From IMG/VR virus record IMGVR_UViG_3300007177_000029: a stretch of 64,000 nucleotides of DNA. The stretch is one strand, 5' to 3'. The stretch is from an uncultured virus (IMG/VR IMGVR_UViG_3300007177_000029) (lineage: Duplodnaviria > Heunggongvirae > Uroviricota > Caudoviricetes > Crassvirales). Below the pieces are notes generated by a model that saw only the letters and a program-made list of their open reading frames with translations, was not told the DNA's origin and ran no database searches. A program made the translations under genes and the position numbers. Below are positions 1 to 8,657 of the stretch, piece by piece. The number at the start of each line of letters is the position of its first letter. The stretch's first letter is position 1.

Positions 1-33
1 ATAAAAAGAAAAAAAAAGATATAGTGTGTTATA

Positions 34-53
34 TCCAATATATAAACGGTGTA
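34..53 (-). repeat. Copy 1 of motif TCCAA-NNN-ATAAACGGTGTA (candidate phage early promoter)
   Basis: tccaa-tat-ataaacggtgta; one of four copies in the first 950 bp; strand inferred from neighbouring terminators. Confidence 0.8.
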
Positions 54-88
54 ATTTAAATTAAAACTTTATAAAGTTTAATTATTAC

Positions 89-108
89 TCCAAAATATAA
101 ACGGTGTA
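89..108 (-). repeat. Copy 2 of motif TCCAA-NNN-ATAAACGGTGTA
   Basis: tccaa-aat-ataaacggtgta. Confidence 0.8.
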
Positions 109-143
109 AATTAAAAGAAATGGTTTTTAATTAATTTATAAAT

Positions 144-182
144 TAAAGAAAAGCCTATCATTTACAAATAGACTTTTCTTTA
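144..182 (-). terminator. Intrinsic terminator
   Basis: Minus strand reads AAAGAAAAGUCUAU-loop-AUAGGCUUUUCUUU; the stem is uninterrupted (one U-G pair) only on the minus strand and ends in a U-rich tract. Confidence 0.7.
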
Positions 183-360
183 AGGTTGTTTTAACAGTTA
201 ATTAGACTGTTTTCTCATCATGGTATACAATCATAAAGTTCTCGCACAAGTTTTTTTAAAACAAGCTTTTTTACTCTATGTGTACGCAACCAAACCACTA
301 GCTAGAAATTACCTAGCACGTATTTTTATGTGTTTAAATATTTCTAGATTATAACATTAC

Positions 361-380
361 TCCAAATAATAAACGGTGTA
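361..380 (-). repeat. Copy 3 of motif TCCAA-NNN-ATAAACGGTGTA
   Basis: tccaa-ata-ataaacggtgta; the flank ttac matches copy 2 and the flank atttaaa matches copy 1. Confidence 0.8.
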
Positions 381-406
381 ATTTAAATGAAAGAATTTTA
401 AACCTA

Positions 407-631
407 CTAATTAGTAGGCTTAGATTTAACAGGAATGCTTATAACAAATGCTAGTATGCTTATTATTACTACACTAATAAATAAACTAAACAAATCAGCT
501 GTAAAGCCTAATACTTGACTAACATCTTTGTTAGTAAGCATTGCAAATATTATATCTATTGCTGCTACAATAAACACCACGAAATATAAAGCAGCTACCG
601 CTTTAATAAAGTAAATAAAAACATTTTTCAT
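407..631 (-). CDS. Small membrane protein with two TM helices, probable early gene
   Basis: 74 aa, two long hydrophobic stretches, tandem TAG TAG stops. Confidence 0.7.
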   Translation of the reverse strand: MKNVFIYFIKAVAALYFVVFIVAAIDIIFAMLTNKDVSQVLGFTADLFSLFISVVIISILAFVISIPVKSKPTN

Positions 632-650
632 ATAAAGTATTTTAAAGATT

Positions 651-690
651 AAACAAAATAAATGAGAGTGATAATTAAACCACTCTCATT
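651..690 (-). terminator. Intrinsic terminator
   Basis: 10-bp perfect stem aatgagagtg/cactctcatt followed on the minus strand by tattttgttt. Confidence 0.65.
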
Positions 691-833
691 GCATAAGTTG
701 CCACTATAATAATAGTTCTAAACTAAAGAATAGGATGCTAGTCCTATCTACGTTAGATGCTATTAGATAATAGGCTTGATTGTTATTATATCTATGTAAA
801 AATTATACAAAGAAATAATAATAATCAGAAAAA

Positions 834-929
834 GGAATAATCCACGTAGTTTAGTATGAAATAACTTAAAAAATTGAAAATGCGGAAAAGAACGTCTTTT
901 GTACATATTCAACTACGTGGGGGTATTCC
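834..929. repeat. Long imperfect inverted repeat (about 25-bp arms)
   Basis: ggaataatccacgtagtttagtatg (834-858) versus catattcaactacgtgggggtattcc (904-929), with a 10-bp perfect core. Confidence 0.8.
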
Positions 930-930
930 C

Positions 931-950
931 TCCAATGTATAAACGGTGTA
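931..950 (-). repeat. Copy 4 of motif TCCAA-NNN-ATAAACGGTGTA
   Basis: tccaa-tgt-ataaacggtgta. Confidence 0.8.
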
Positions 951-1101
951 CCCATTTAACTGAAGTATGTCAAAATCTTACTTCCCCATAAATTTTCAAA
1001 AACTAAAGTACGGGGGTATAATGATTAATTAAATTATCAATTAGTAAAACAGGTTTATGAAAAAAAATTCAAAAAAAATTTTTATAATATAGAATAGTTG
1101 T

Positions 1102-1109
1102 TATATTTG
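1102..1109 (+). promoter_or_regulatory. Bacteroidota housekeeping-sigma -7 element (TAnnTTTG)
   Basis: TATATTTG(CA) upstream of the plus-strand module; no clean -33 TTG seen. Confidence 0.4.
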
Positions 1110-1223
1110 CAATGCCTTTCTTTCTTTTTGACTTTAGTCTTAATTAGCTAGCCCTAAATAATGTAAAAAATTATTTAGGGTTTTTTATTTTTAAAAAAAT
1201 ATTATTAATATTGCAATATCGAG

Positions 1224-1372
1224 TTAGGTGTATAGTCCTTTCAGAAGATGTTAAATAATTATAGTGTGGTATCAACATCTGCCAATACACTATAAGTGTA
1301 ATTCCTAAATGGTGTGGATAGTGCTTATACCAATCTAGCAAATAAGTAACCCACAATACTTCAATCACCTAA
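1224..1372 (+). ncRNA. Putative structured RNA containing an H-type pseudoknot
   Basis: Closing stem ttaggtg/cacctaa; interleaved stems agatgtt/aacatct and ttatagtgt/acactataa; further hairpin gtgg..tgcttat/ataagta..ccac. Confidence 0.4.
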
Positions 1373-1686
1373 TAAAGTTGGAAGATTGTTGGACCTTGTA
1401 AACATTGTCAATAAACTTATGGCGCGGTGGTTAAGTTTTACATATTAGGAGTTTCTCCTTTTATGGTTTATAGGTGACTTTATGGGAAAAATTCCTTTTG
1501 GGGAAAAAAAGGGGGAGGGGAAAAATTCCCAAGTGTTTAATGTCTAGAAATTAACTAATTAGTTGAACTTCAGTAAATTAGTAATTTTAATAATTAAATT
1601 ACATTATAACATGAGTTTACGGAAACTATGTCTAGTTTGTTTTTTTGATAAATACTTTGTAATATTGTAGTATAAAAAGTATAAGG

Positions 1687-2061
1687 ATGAAAAATATAAT
1701 ATTAAATTTAGGGGATGCTAATATTAAGAAATTCTATTTTGCTTATGTAGAGATTATAGTTAGTCCTATATATAAGTTAAGAAAAAGAGAAGAAGAAATA
1801 TTAGCTTTACTGCTTTATTATAACAATATAAAAAAGCATATAGAAGAAGAAGATAGGTTAAAAATAGTATTTAATATAAATACTAGAAAAAAGATTTGTG
1901 AAGAATTAGGTGTTACAAATAGCATTATACAGCAAATTTTAAATTCTCTTAGAAAAAAAGGTTTAATTAAAGGAATTAAATTTAATAAATCTATTGAAGT
2001 TTATATTGGTGAAGGTGAAGTTATTTTAGGATTTAAAATGAAAATAGTAAATGATAACTAG
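1687..2061 (+). CDS. Winged HTH-like DNA-binding protein
   Basis: TRKKICEELGVTNSIIQQILNSLRKKGLI fits an HTH pattern. Confidence 0.6.
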   Translation: MKNIILNLGDANIKKFYFAYVEIIVSPIYKLRKREEEILALLLYYNNIKKHIEEEDRLKIVFNINTRKKICEELGVTNSIIQQILNSLRKKGLIKGIKFNKSIEVYIGEGEVILGFKMKIVNDN

Positions 2062-2251
2062 TAAATGTATGGACTCTGTTATTATTAGATATTCTAATTT
2101 AGAAGATTTTGTAAATAAATTAATAGAACAAGAAAGAATTGTAGAAGAATGGTTAAAAGAAAATAATAAATTTGAAGTTTATACAAATTCATATTTAGGA
2201 CCAGATAATACAGAGTTAATAGAAACAATAATTATTAAATTAGAGGACTAA
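2051..2251 (+). CDS. Hypothetical protein
   Basis: 66-aa ORF overlapping both neighbours. Confidence 0.6.
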   Translation: MITSKCMDSVIIRYSNLEDFVNKLIEQERIVEEWLKENNKFEVYTNSYLGPDNTELIETIIIKLED

Positions 2252-2550
2252 TGGCAGTAAAAGATGAAATACAAGATAAAACTTTATTAAGGTTATTAAA
2301 TGATATATCATTAAGAACTAATACACCTATAGAAACAGTAAAAAATGCTGTATTTAGTCAATTTAAGTTTTTAAAAATTAATATGGCTGTAGGAGATAAA
2401 GATGATGCTGATAGTTTTTTAACAATAGGATTAAACAAGATTGGTACATTTCATCCAAAAAAAGCTTATATTAATTTTTGTAAAAAGCAAGGAGTACTAG
2501 AAAAAAATAAATTAAAAAAGAATTTAATTAAAACTAAAAACAATGAATAA
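2251..2550 (+). CDS. HU/IHF-like DNA-binding protein
   Basis: Two N-terminal helices followed by IGLNKIGTFHPKK, the HU/IHF beta-strand pattern; such genes are common in crAss-like phages. Confidence 0.6.
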   Translation: MAVKDEIQDKTLLRLLNDISLRTNTPIETVKNAVFSQFKFLKINMAVGDKDDADSFLTIGLNKIGTFHPKKAYINFCKKQGVLEKNKLKKNLIKTKNNE

Positions 2551-2992
2551 AGAAGTAAAAGAAATAAATTATGTAATAGAAGATGTGTGTAGAACTTCAT
2601 CTTGTGAAGATTTTGGTAAAGTAGTTAAATATACTACAGAAGATGGTCCACATAATTTTATAGAAGCTACTGGTTTAAAGTATGCTCCTGCTTTAGGCAA
2701 AAAAATTGAAATGGTTTCTTTATTTCCTGTTAAAACTGTTTGTGTAAAATGTATGGTAGTTAAAGAAGTTGTTTCTAAAACACCTTATGAAACAGTAGTA
2801 AATAGATTTAAATCTATTGCAGCTAAAAAAGCTAAAGGAGATAGAAGTAAAAATTATTACAAAGACTGGTCTATTAAATCAACAGATTTAAAAGCAGACC
2901 CTAATGCAGGTAAAGAGTATAATAAATTATCTGCTGAAGAAAGTAAATCTATTAATGATAGATTTAGTAGAATAAGTAACAATAACAATTAA
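2543..2992 (+). CDS. Hypothetical protein
   Basis: 149-aa ORF within the operon. Confidence 0.7.
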   Translation: MNKEVKEINYVIEDVCRTSSCEDFGKVVKYTTEDGPHNFIEATGLKYAPALGKKIEMVSLFPVKTVCVKCMVVKEVVSKTPYETVVNRFKSIAAKKAKGDRSKNYYKDWSIKSTDLKADPNAGKEYNKLSAEESKSINDRFSRISNNNN

Positions 2993-3002
2993 ATATAGTA
3001 AC

Positions 3003-3302
3003 ATGGAGAATTTAAAAATTGAATTAGCAGGAGTAAACTTAGTAGTTGAAAATCCTTATGTAAAAGCTTTAGAAGAAAAAAAAGCTAATGGTCTTATTTT
3101 ACAAGAAAAAGATAAAAAAGAACTAGTTACTAAAGAAGATTTGGATAAACTTTTAGTAGTAGCTGTAAGTAATAATTGTAAACTTGTTAGAAAAGGACAA
3201 TTTATTAAAGTAAATAATCAAAGATTAGCTAATGCAGAATCTTTTGAAAAGGGTAAGTACATTATTTTAAGTGAACACGATATTTTATTTATTTATAAAT
3301 AA
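3003..3302 (+). CDS. groES: GroES/Cpn10-like co-chaperonin
   Basis: 99 aa; mobile loop NGLIL, LVVAVS...VRKG, and C-terminal GKYIILSEHDIL resemble GroES. Confidence 0.7.
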   Translation: MENLKIELAGVNLVVENPYVKALEEKKANGLILQEKDKKELVTKEDLDKLLVVAVSNNCKLVRKGQFIKVNNQRLANAESFEKGKYIILSEHDILFIYK

Positions 3303-3303
3303 T

Positions 3304-3840
3304 ATGAAAGGATTGATAACTAACTTTGATTATAAAGTAAATTTTTGGGAAATAAACCCATCATTTATTTCTATTAAACAATTTGGTAGTTTATATGAAG
3401 ATGATAATTCAAAAGGAAAAAAAGACAGCTCACAAATTATGTGGGCTGTTGCCTTTTTCTGTGATGTTAATGAAAACAATGTATGGAGAAACCTTGATAA
3501 TTCTGAAAAAATAGAATTAATTAAAGAAGATATATTAAAAAGTAAAAAGTTTGAGTGGCAATCATTAAAGCCTTTATTAGATACATATAAATCATTAATA
3601 CTTTCTACTGCTGAAAGAAAGTTAGTTGATTTTTATAATAAACTTGAAGAAAGAACAGAGTTTATTAATAAAACACCTTATGATTTAGAAAACGGTGAAC
3701 AGTTAGATAAAATGTTAGCTAACACTAAAAAGCTTTATGATTTATATTTTGAAATTAAAAAAGAATTTGAAGCTGATGATAAAGGAGGTAATGTAAAAGG
3801 TGATAGAAAAGAAAGTGCTTCTGAAAGAAAGTTATTGTAA
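3304..3840 (+). CDS. Phage protein upstream of terL, candidate small terminase subunit
   Basis: Helical protein immediately before terL; ATG at 3304 preferred to 3271 because it avoids overlap with groES. Confidence 0.5.
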   Translation: MKGLITNFDYKVNFWEINPSFISIKQFGSLYEDDNSKGKKDSSQIMWAVAFFCDVNENNVWRNLDNSEKIELIKEDILKSKKFEWQSLKPLLDTYKSLILSTAERKLVDFYNKLEERTEFINKTPYDLENGEQLDKMLANTKKLYDLYFEIKKEFEADDKGGNVKGDRKESASERKLL

Positions 3841-3842
3841 TT

Positions 3843-6161
3843 ATGGTAGAAAATCTATTTGTTAGAATTAATAATAAAAAAGCTTTTATTTTAAATGAAA
3901 TAGAATCTATTAATCCTTCATCAGGAAGATATATAAAGTATTGGAGAGATATTAAGAAAAAATGTATTGAAGGATTATGGGCACAAGATACTACTAATCC
4001 TAATGAAAAAGGTATGTGGAGGTGGATGCCACCTAATTTATTCTTTTATATAAACTTAGGAACTATTAAACATAGACCGCCACATTTACCTAAAACTCAC
4101 CCTAAGATTAAAATGAGACCAGATTTAACTGATTTTGATTGGGAGTTTATGTATAATTACATGGAATGTAGAGGATTTTCAGGATTTGATGAAGATGAAG
4201 AGTATTCCTGTGATTTAGAATTGTATGATTATTTAACTAATAAAGATACAGAATTAAATAAAGAAGATTTGCATAGTTCAGTGTTTAACAAAAAAGGAGA
4301 ATTAAAAAAATTTATACCTGCAAGAAATTATTTAAGAAAGTTACATGATAAACCTTTAGGTAAAGCATTTTATAACAATGAAGCTAAAAATTTATTTTTA
4401 TTATCTGCAAGGGGTGTTGGTAAATCTTATATAGTAGCTGTAGGTTGTATATTATGGGAAATAGTTTTTGACGGTGCTAGATATTACAATGAAGAATCTA
4501 TTTTAAATCCTGCTACTGTTGAGGTATTTGTAGGTGCAGCTTTATCTTCTAAATCTTCTGATATTTTATCTAAAGCAGAAGATGCTATGAGAGAACTTCC
4601 TGGTTCTTGGGGTATAGGAACTGATTTTTATGAACCATCGCCTTTATATAAATCAATGAAAGGAACACTTGCTCCAAATAACATGAAAAATCCTTGGAGA
4701 CACGCTTATGATAAAAAAGTAAATGGTCAATGGATTGAAGATGGTACTGGTTCTAATATAAAACATGGTATTTATACTACAGAAAACCCTGAAGTAGCAG
4801 TAGGTACAAGACCTGGTTTAATGGTTGTAGAAGAAATAGGTTTAGTGGAAAATATATTACAATGCCATGCAGCTAATGAATCTTGTCAATTTACTGATGG
4901 TACAGTTAAATTTGGTACATCTGTTTATATTGGTACTGGTGGTAATATTGAAAAAATACAAGGTAGTGAAACAATATTTAGAGACCCTATAGCTTATAAC
5001 TGTTTAGCATTTGATGATGAATGGGAAAATACAGGTAAAATAGGATGGTTTGTTCCTGCTGAATACGCAGATAGGTCATGTAAAGATGAAAACGGTAATA
5101 CAATTATTACTAAAGCTACAAGAGTGTATGATAAAAGAAGAGAAGAAAAATCTAAAGCAAATTCTTCTGTAGCTTTAAATGTTGAAATGATGTCTTTTCC
5201 TAGAAAACCATCTGAAATATTTTTATCTGCAAACAGTAATGATTTTCCTTTAGCAATGTTAAGAGAACAGTTAAGTGAAATAGAAACTAAAAAACATAAA
5301 TATGAAAATACTTCATGGATTGGTGAGCTAGTTCCTACTGCTAATGGTACTGTTAAATTTGTAAATACAGATAGAAGTAAATTAATTACTGAATATCCTA
5401 TTAAGGATAATAAAAATAAACCAGGAGCATTACAAATATGGGAAATGCCTAAAAAAGATTCATCTGGTGATGTCATATCAGGAAGATATATAATGGCTGC
5501 CGATACTTATGATGATGATGAGTCTAATACTAAATCATTAGGTTCATTATTTGTATTAGATGGTTATACTGATAGGGTTGTTGCTGAGTTTTTTGGAAGA
5601 CCTTCTGCTGAAGATTTTTATGAAGTAGCTTGTAATTTATCTATTTTTTATAGAGCTGTAAATAATTATGAGCAAAATAAAAAAGGTATGTTTGGACATT
5701 ATAAAAAGAAAAACATATTACATTATTTAGCAGAAACTCCACAAGTATTAAAAGATGTTGCTGATTTATCTACTTTTAAAGTAGGTAATAAAAAATATGG
5801 TACTTATGCAACATTACCTGTAATTAAATACGGTGAAAGATTAATAAAATCTTGGTTAGAAAAACCTGCTTATGGAGAAGATGAAGATTCTGGTATTTTA
5901 AATTTACATAAAATAAGAAGTACAGGATTATTAAGAGAATTATTATCATACGGTAGTGGTAACTTTGATAGAGTTTCATGTTTAATTTTACTAGTAATTT
6001 TTAGAGAAGAAAAATTTGGTCAGTTTGAAAACAAATCAGTTAAAGAAGAAAACACTCCAGAAGAAGTAGAAGATTTACTTAAACGCTTTAAATCAAATAG
6101 TTTTAGTTATAATCCTTCTAAAAATAATTCAAATTTATTTTCTAAATTTGAAAACTTATAA
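3843..6161 (+). CDS. terL: Terminase large subunit
   Basis: Walker A-like ARGVGKSY, Walker B-like MVVEEIG, GTGG motif, nuclease acidic motifs ADTYD and GNFDRVS. Confidence 0.93.
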   Translation: MVENLFVRINNKKAFILNEIESINPSSGRYIKYWRDIKKKCIEGLWAQDTTNPNEKGMWRWMPPNLFFYINLGTIKHRPPHLPKTHPKIKMRPDLTDFDWEFMYNYMECRGFSGFDEDEEYSCDLELYDYLTNKDTELNKEDLHSSVFNKKGELKKFIPARNYLRKLHDKPLGKAFYNNEAKNLFLLSARGVGKSYIVAVGCILWEIVFDGARYYNEESILNPATVEVFVGAALSSKSSDILSKAEDAMRELPGSWGIGTDFYEPSPLYKSMKGTLAPNNMKNPWRHAYDKKVNGQWIEDGTGSNIKHGIYTTENPEVAVGTRPGLMVVEEIGLVENILQCHAANESCQFTDGTVKFGTSVYIGTGGNIEKIQGSETIFRDPIAYNCLAFDDEWENTGKIGWFVPAEYADRSCKDENGNTIITKATRVYDKRREEKSKANSSVALNVEMMSFPRKPSEIFLSANSNDFPLAMLREQLSEIETKKHKYENTSWIGELVPTANGTVKFVNTDRSKLITEYPIKDNKNKPGALQIWEMPKKDSSGDVISGRYIMAADTYDDDESNTKSLGSLFVLDGYTDRVVAEFFGRPSAEDFYEVACNLSIFYRAVNNYEQNKKGMFGHYKKKNILHYLAETPQVLKDVADLSTFKVGNKKYGTYATLPVIKYGERLIKSWLEKPAYGEDEDSGILNLHKIRSTGLLRELLSYGSGNFDRVSCLILLVIFREEKFGQFENKSVKEENTPEEVEDLLKRFKSNSFSYNPSKNNSNLFSKFENL

Positions 6162-6185
6162 AATAAAGACATATAAATTTATAAC

Positions 6186-8555
6186 ATGGATAACAGAACT
6201 ACAATATTTCCGTCACAAAAAAAATCTCATTCTCAAAAAACAAAAGAATGGAGAATACAAAATGTTAAAGCTGCTGAAGAATATATAGCAAGAAGACATC
6301 TAGGATTTAGACAATCTCTTCATAATAAAATTATTAATTATAATCTTTATTCTGATATACTAGACCAATCTGATATTGAGCAAATTAGTAATCCTTTTAA
6401 ATTGTCTGGTAATTTTTCTTTACCAGCAAAAATGCAAAATTATCCTATAGTTAATCCTAAAATAGATTTACTAGTAGGAGAATCTAGTAAAAGAAGATTT
6501 GATTATAGAGTAAGAGTTATCAATGAAGATGCTATTTCTGATAAAGAAACTGAATTAAAAAAACAGTTTACTAATTTAATAGTAGGTTCTATAATGGAAC
6601 AAAATGATGATGAAGAAGAAGTAATAAACAAATTAAAAAAATTTCAAGAATATAGAAACTATGAATTTCAAGATATAAGAGAAAAAGCAGGAACACAAGT
6701 ACTAAAACATTTAACTTATACTTTAAGATTAAGAAAAAAATTTGTTGATGGTTTTAAAGATGCTTTATTAGGTGCTGAAGAAATTTATTTAGTAGATGCT
6801 ATTAACCAAGAAATTATATTTGAAAGATTAAATCCTAAAAATGTATATACTGTAAGAAGTGGTGAATCTAATTTTATTGAAGATTCTGATATTATAGTAA
6901 TTGAAAATTGGTACAGTCCTGGTAAAATAGTAGATGAATACTATGATGATTTATCTCCTGCTGAAATAGATTCAATAGAAAATGGTTCTTTTGGAACTTC
7001 TTCTACTAAAGGTATTGATATAGGTAGAAAAACACCTGTATTACCAGAATTTACAGATAGTTTGAATATAGCTATGCTAGAAAATGATTTAACTTTTAGA
7101 GATACATTTGATAGTGAAGGTAATATTAGAGTAGTAAAAGTATTTTGGAAATCAAGAAGAAAAATGCTTAAAGTAACTAAAATGAATAATGAAGGTGAAG
7201 AAGAAGTTACTTTAGAAGATGAAAAATATCCAGTAGATAAAGATAATGGAGAAAAAGCAGAAGTTTTATGGATTAATGAATGGTGGGAAGGTCATAAAAT
7301 AGGCGGTTCATCATTAGATGAAAATGATAGTGCTATATACACTAGAATGAGACCAAAACCATTTCAATTAAGAAGTATTGATAATCCATCAAAATGTTAT
7401 CCTGGTATAGTTGGTACTATATACAATACAAATGATAATATAGCAGTTTCATTAATGGATAGAATGAAACCATATCAATATATGTACAATATTTTAATGT
7501 ATAACACTGAATTACTTATATCTAAAAATATAGGTAAAATAATGTCATTAGATTTAGCAAGAATACCAGATAATTGGAAAGTAGAAGAATGGTTATCTTT
7601 TGCTAGAACTATGAATATAGCAATAGAAGATTCATTTAAAGAAGGTAAAAAAGGTAAAGCTACTGGTAAACTAGCAGGAGAAACACAGCAAAGAACTCCT
7701 GTTATAGATATGGAAATGGGTAATAGTATTCAACTTTATATAGGTTTAATGGAAAGAATTAAAGATGAAGTTGGTGAAATATCAGGAGTAAGTAAATCAA
7801 GACAAGGACAAATGTATGCTAGTCAAGCTGTTACTAATACACAAACAGAAATGGTACAATCTAGCCATATTACTGAATATTGGTTTTTACAGCATGAAGA
7901 AACACAATTAAGAGTAATGAAGACATTATTAGAAGTTGCTAAGTATGCTTGGATTGATTTAAAATCTAAAAAAATACAACACGTTTTAGATAATGGTACT
8001 ACTGAAATTTATAATATTGATGTAGAAAAATTTGTTGAAGCTGATTATGATATTGCTGTTATTAACGGATTTGATGATAATATGTTGAATACTGTTAAGC
8101 AATTAGCTCATGCAGGATTACAAAATCAAATGCTTAAATTCTCTGATTTAATAGATATTCTTACTACTGATTCTTTATCTTCTGTAAAACGTAAATTACA
8201 AAATAAAGAAGAAGAACAAGAACAAAAACAAGAAGCTCAACAACAAGCTGATAGAGAAGTTAAACTTCAAGAAGCTAATATTTATAAAGAAGTAGAAGAA
8301 AGAAAAATGGAGCATGATTTAGAAAAAGAAATTTTAAAATCTGAAGCAAAATTAGCAGAAAAAGAAATGGAAATAATGAATAGAGAAAAAGACGGTTTAG
8401 AAACTGCTAAATTTGAATTAGAAGTACAAAAGATTAAAACTGCTTTATCTATTGCTAAAGAGAAACTTGAAGAAGATAAAAGAAAAAATAAAGTAAAAGA
8501 AGATTTAGAAAGAGAAAAATTAAAAGTTTCTAGAAAAAGTAGTAAAAACAATTAG
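6186..8555 (+). CDS. Portal protein
   Basis: 789 aa directly after terL; YPIVNPKIDLLVGE, SLMDRMKPYQYMYN and SGVSKSRQG resemble crAss-like portals; C-terminal coiled coil. Confidence 0.88.
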   Translation: MDNRTTIFPSQKKSHSQKTKEWRIQNVKAAEEYIARRHLGFRQSLHNKIINYNLYSDILDQSDIEQISNPFKLSGNFSLPAKMQNYPIVNPKIDLLVGESSKRRFDYRVRVINEDAISDKETELKKQFTNLIVGSIMEQNDDEEEVINKLKKFQEYRNYEFQDIREKAGTQVLKHLTYTLRLRKKFVDGFKDALLGAEEIYLVDAINQEIIFERLNPKNVYTVRSGESNFIEDSDIIVIENWYSPGKIVDEYYDDLSPAEIDSIENGSFGTSSTKGIDIGRKTPVLPEFTDSLNIAMLENDLTFRDTFDSEGNIRVVKVFWKSRRKMLKVTKMNNEGEEEVTLEDEKYPVDKDNGEKAEVLWINEWWEGHKIGGSSLDENDSAIYTRMRPKPFQLRSIDNPSKCYPGIVGTIYNTNDNIAVSLMDRMKPYQYMYNILMYNTELLISKNIGKIMSLDLARIPDNWKVEEWLSFARTMNIAIEDSFKEGKKGKATGKLAGETQQRTPVIDMEMGNSIQLYIGLMERIKDEVGEISGVSKSRQGQMYASQAVTNTQTEMVQSSHITEYWFLQHEETQLRVMKTLLEVAKYAWIDLKSKKIQHVLDNGTTEIYNIDVEKFVEADYDIAVINGFDDNMLNTVKQLAHAGLQNQMLKFSDLIDILTTDSLSSVKRKLQNKEEEQEQKQEAQQQADREVKLQEANIYKEVEERKMEHDLEKEILKSEAKLAEKEMEIMNREKDGLETAKFELEVQKIKTALSIAKEKLEEDKRKNKVKEDLEREKLKVSRKSSKNN

Positions 8556-8657
8556 TTATAAAAATTAATTTTTTTACTATTTAATTATATTAAATATGTT
8601 GTTAAAGGTATAATTAGTATATTATTTAGTACTTGAGAAAATTAAAAAAGATGTAAT

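Noticed and set aside
34..950. The four-copy motif as a CRISPR array
   Set aside because: Spacing is very irregular (55, 272 and 570 bp), one interval contains an ORF, the repeat has a variable core, and there are no cas genes in the window
1240..1300. Pistol ribozyme suggested by gttaaata plus a pseudoknot
   Set aside because: Stem order and the remaining conserved nucleotides do not match the pistol consensus
1171..1368. 65-aa minus-strand ORF
   Set aside because: Non-ATG start, no protein features, and it overlaps a region better explained by nucleic-acid structure
1421..1490. tRNA-like start ggcgcggtggttaag
   Set aside because: No T-loop (GTTC) and no matching acceptor strand; no tRNA was recognised anywhere in the window
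3843..6161. Introns or inteins in terminase, MCP or RNAP
   Set aside because: ORFs are continuous and no intein C...HN-[CST] or LAGLIDADG signatures were seen
8556..8657. Possible shared late-promoter motif with the 17509-17586 intergenic region (ataatta.ta.tattattt)
   Set aside because: The similarity is almost entirely A/T and cannot be distinguished from background by eye
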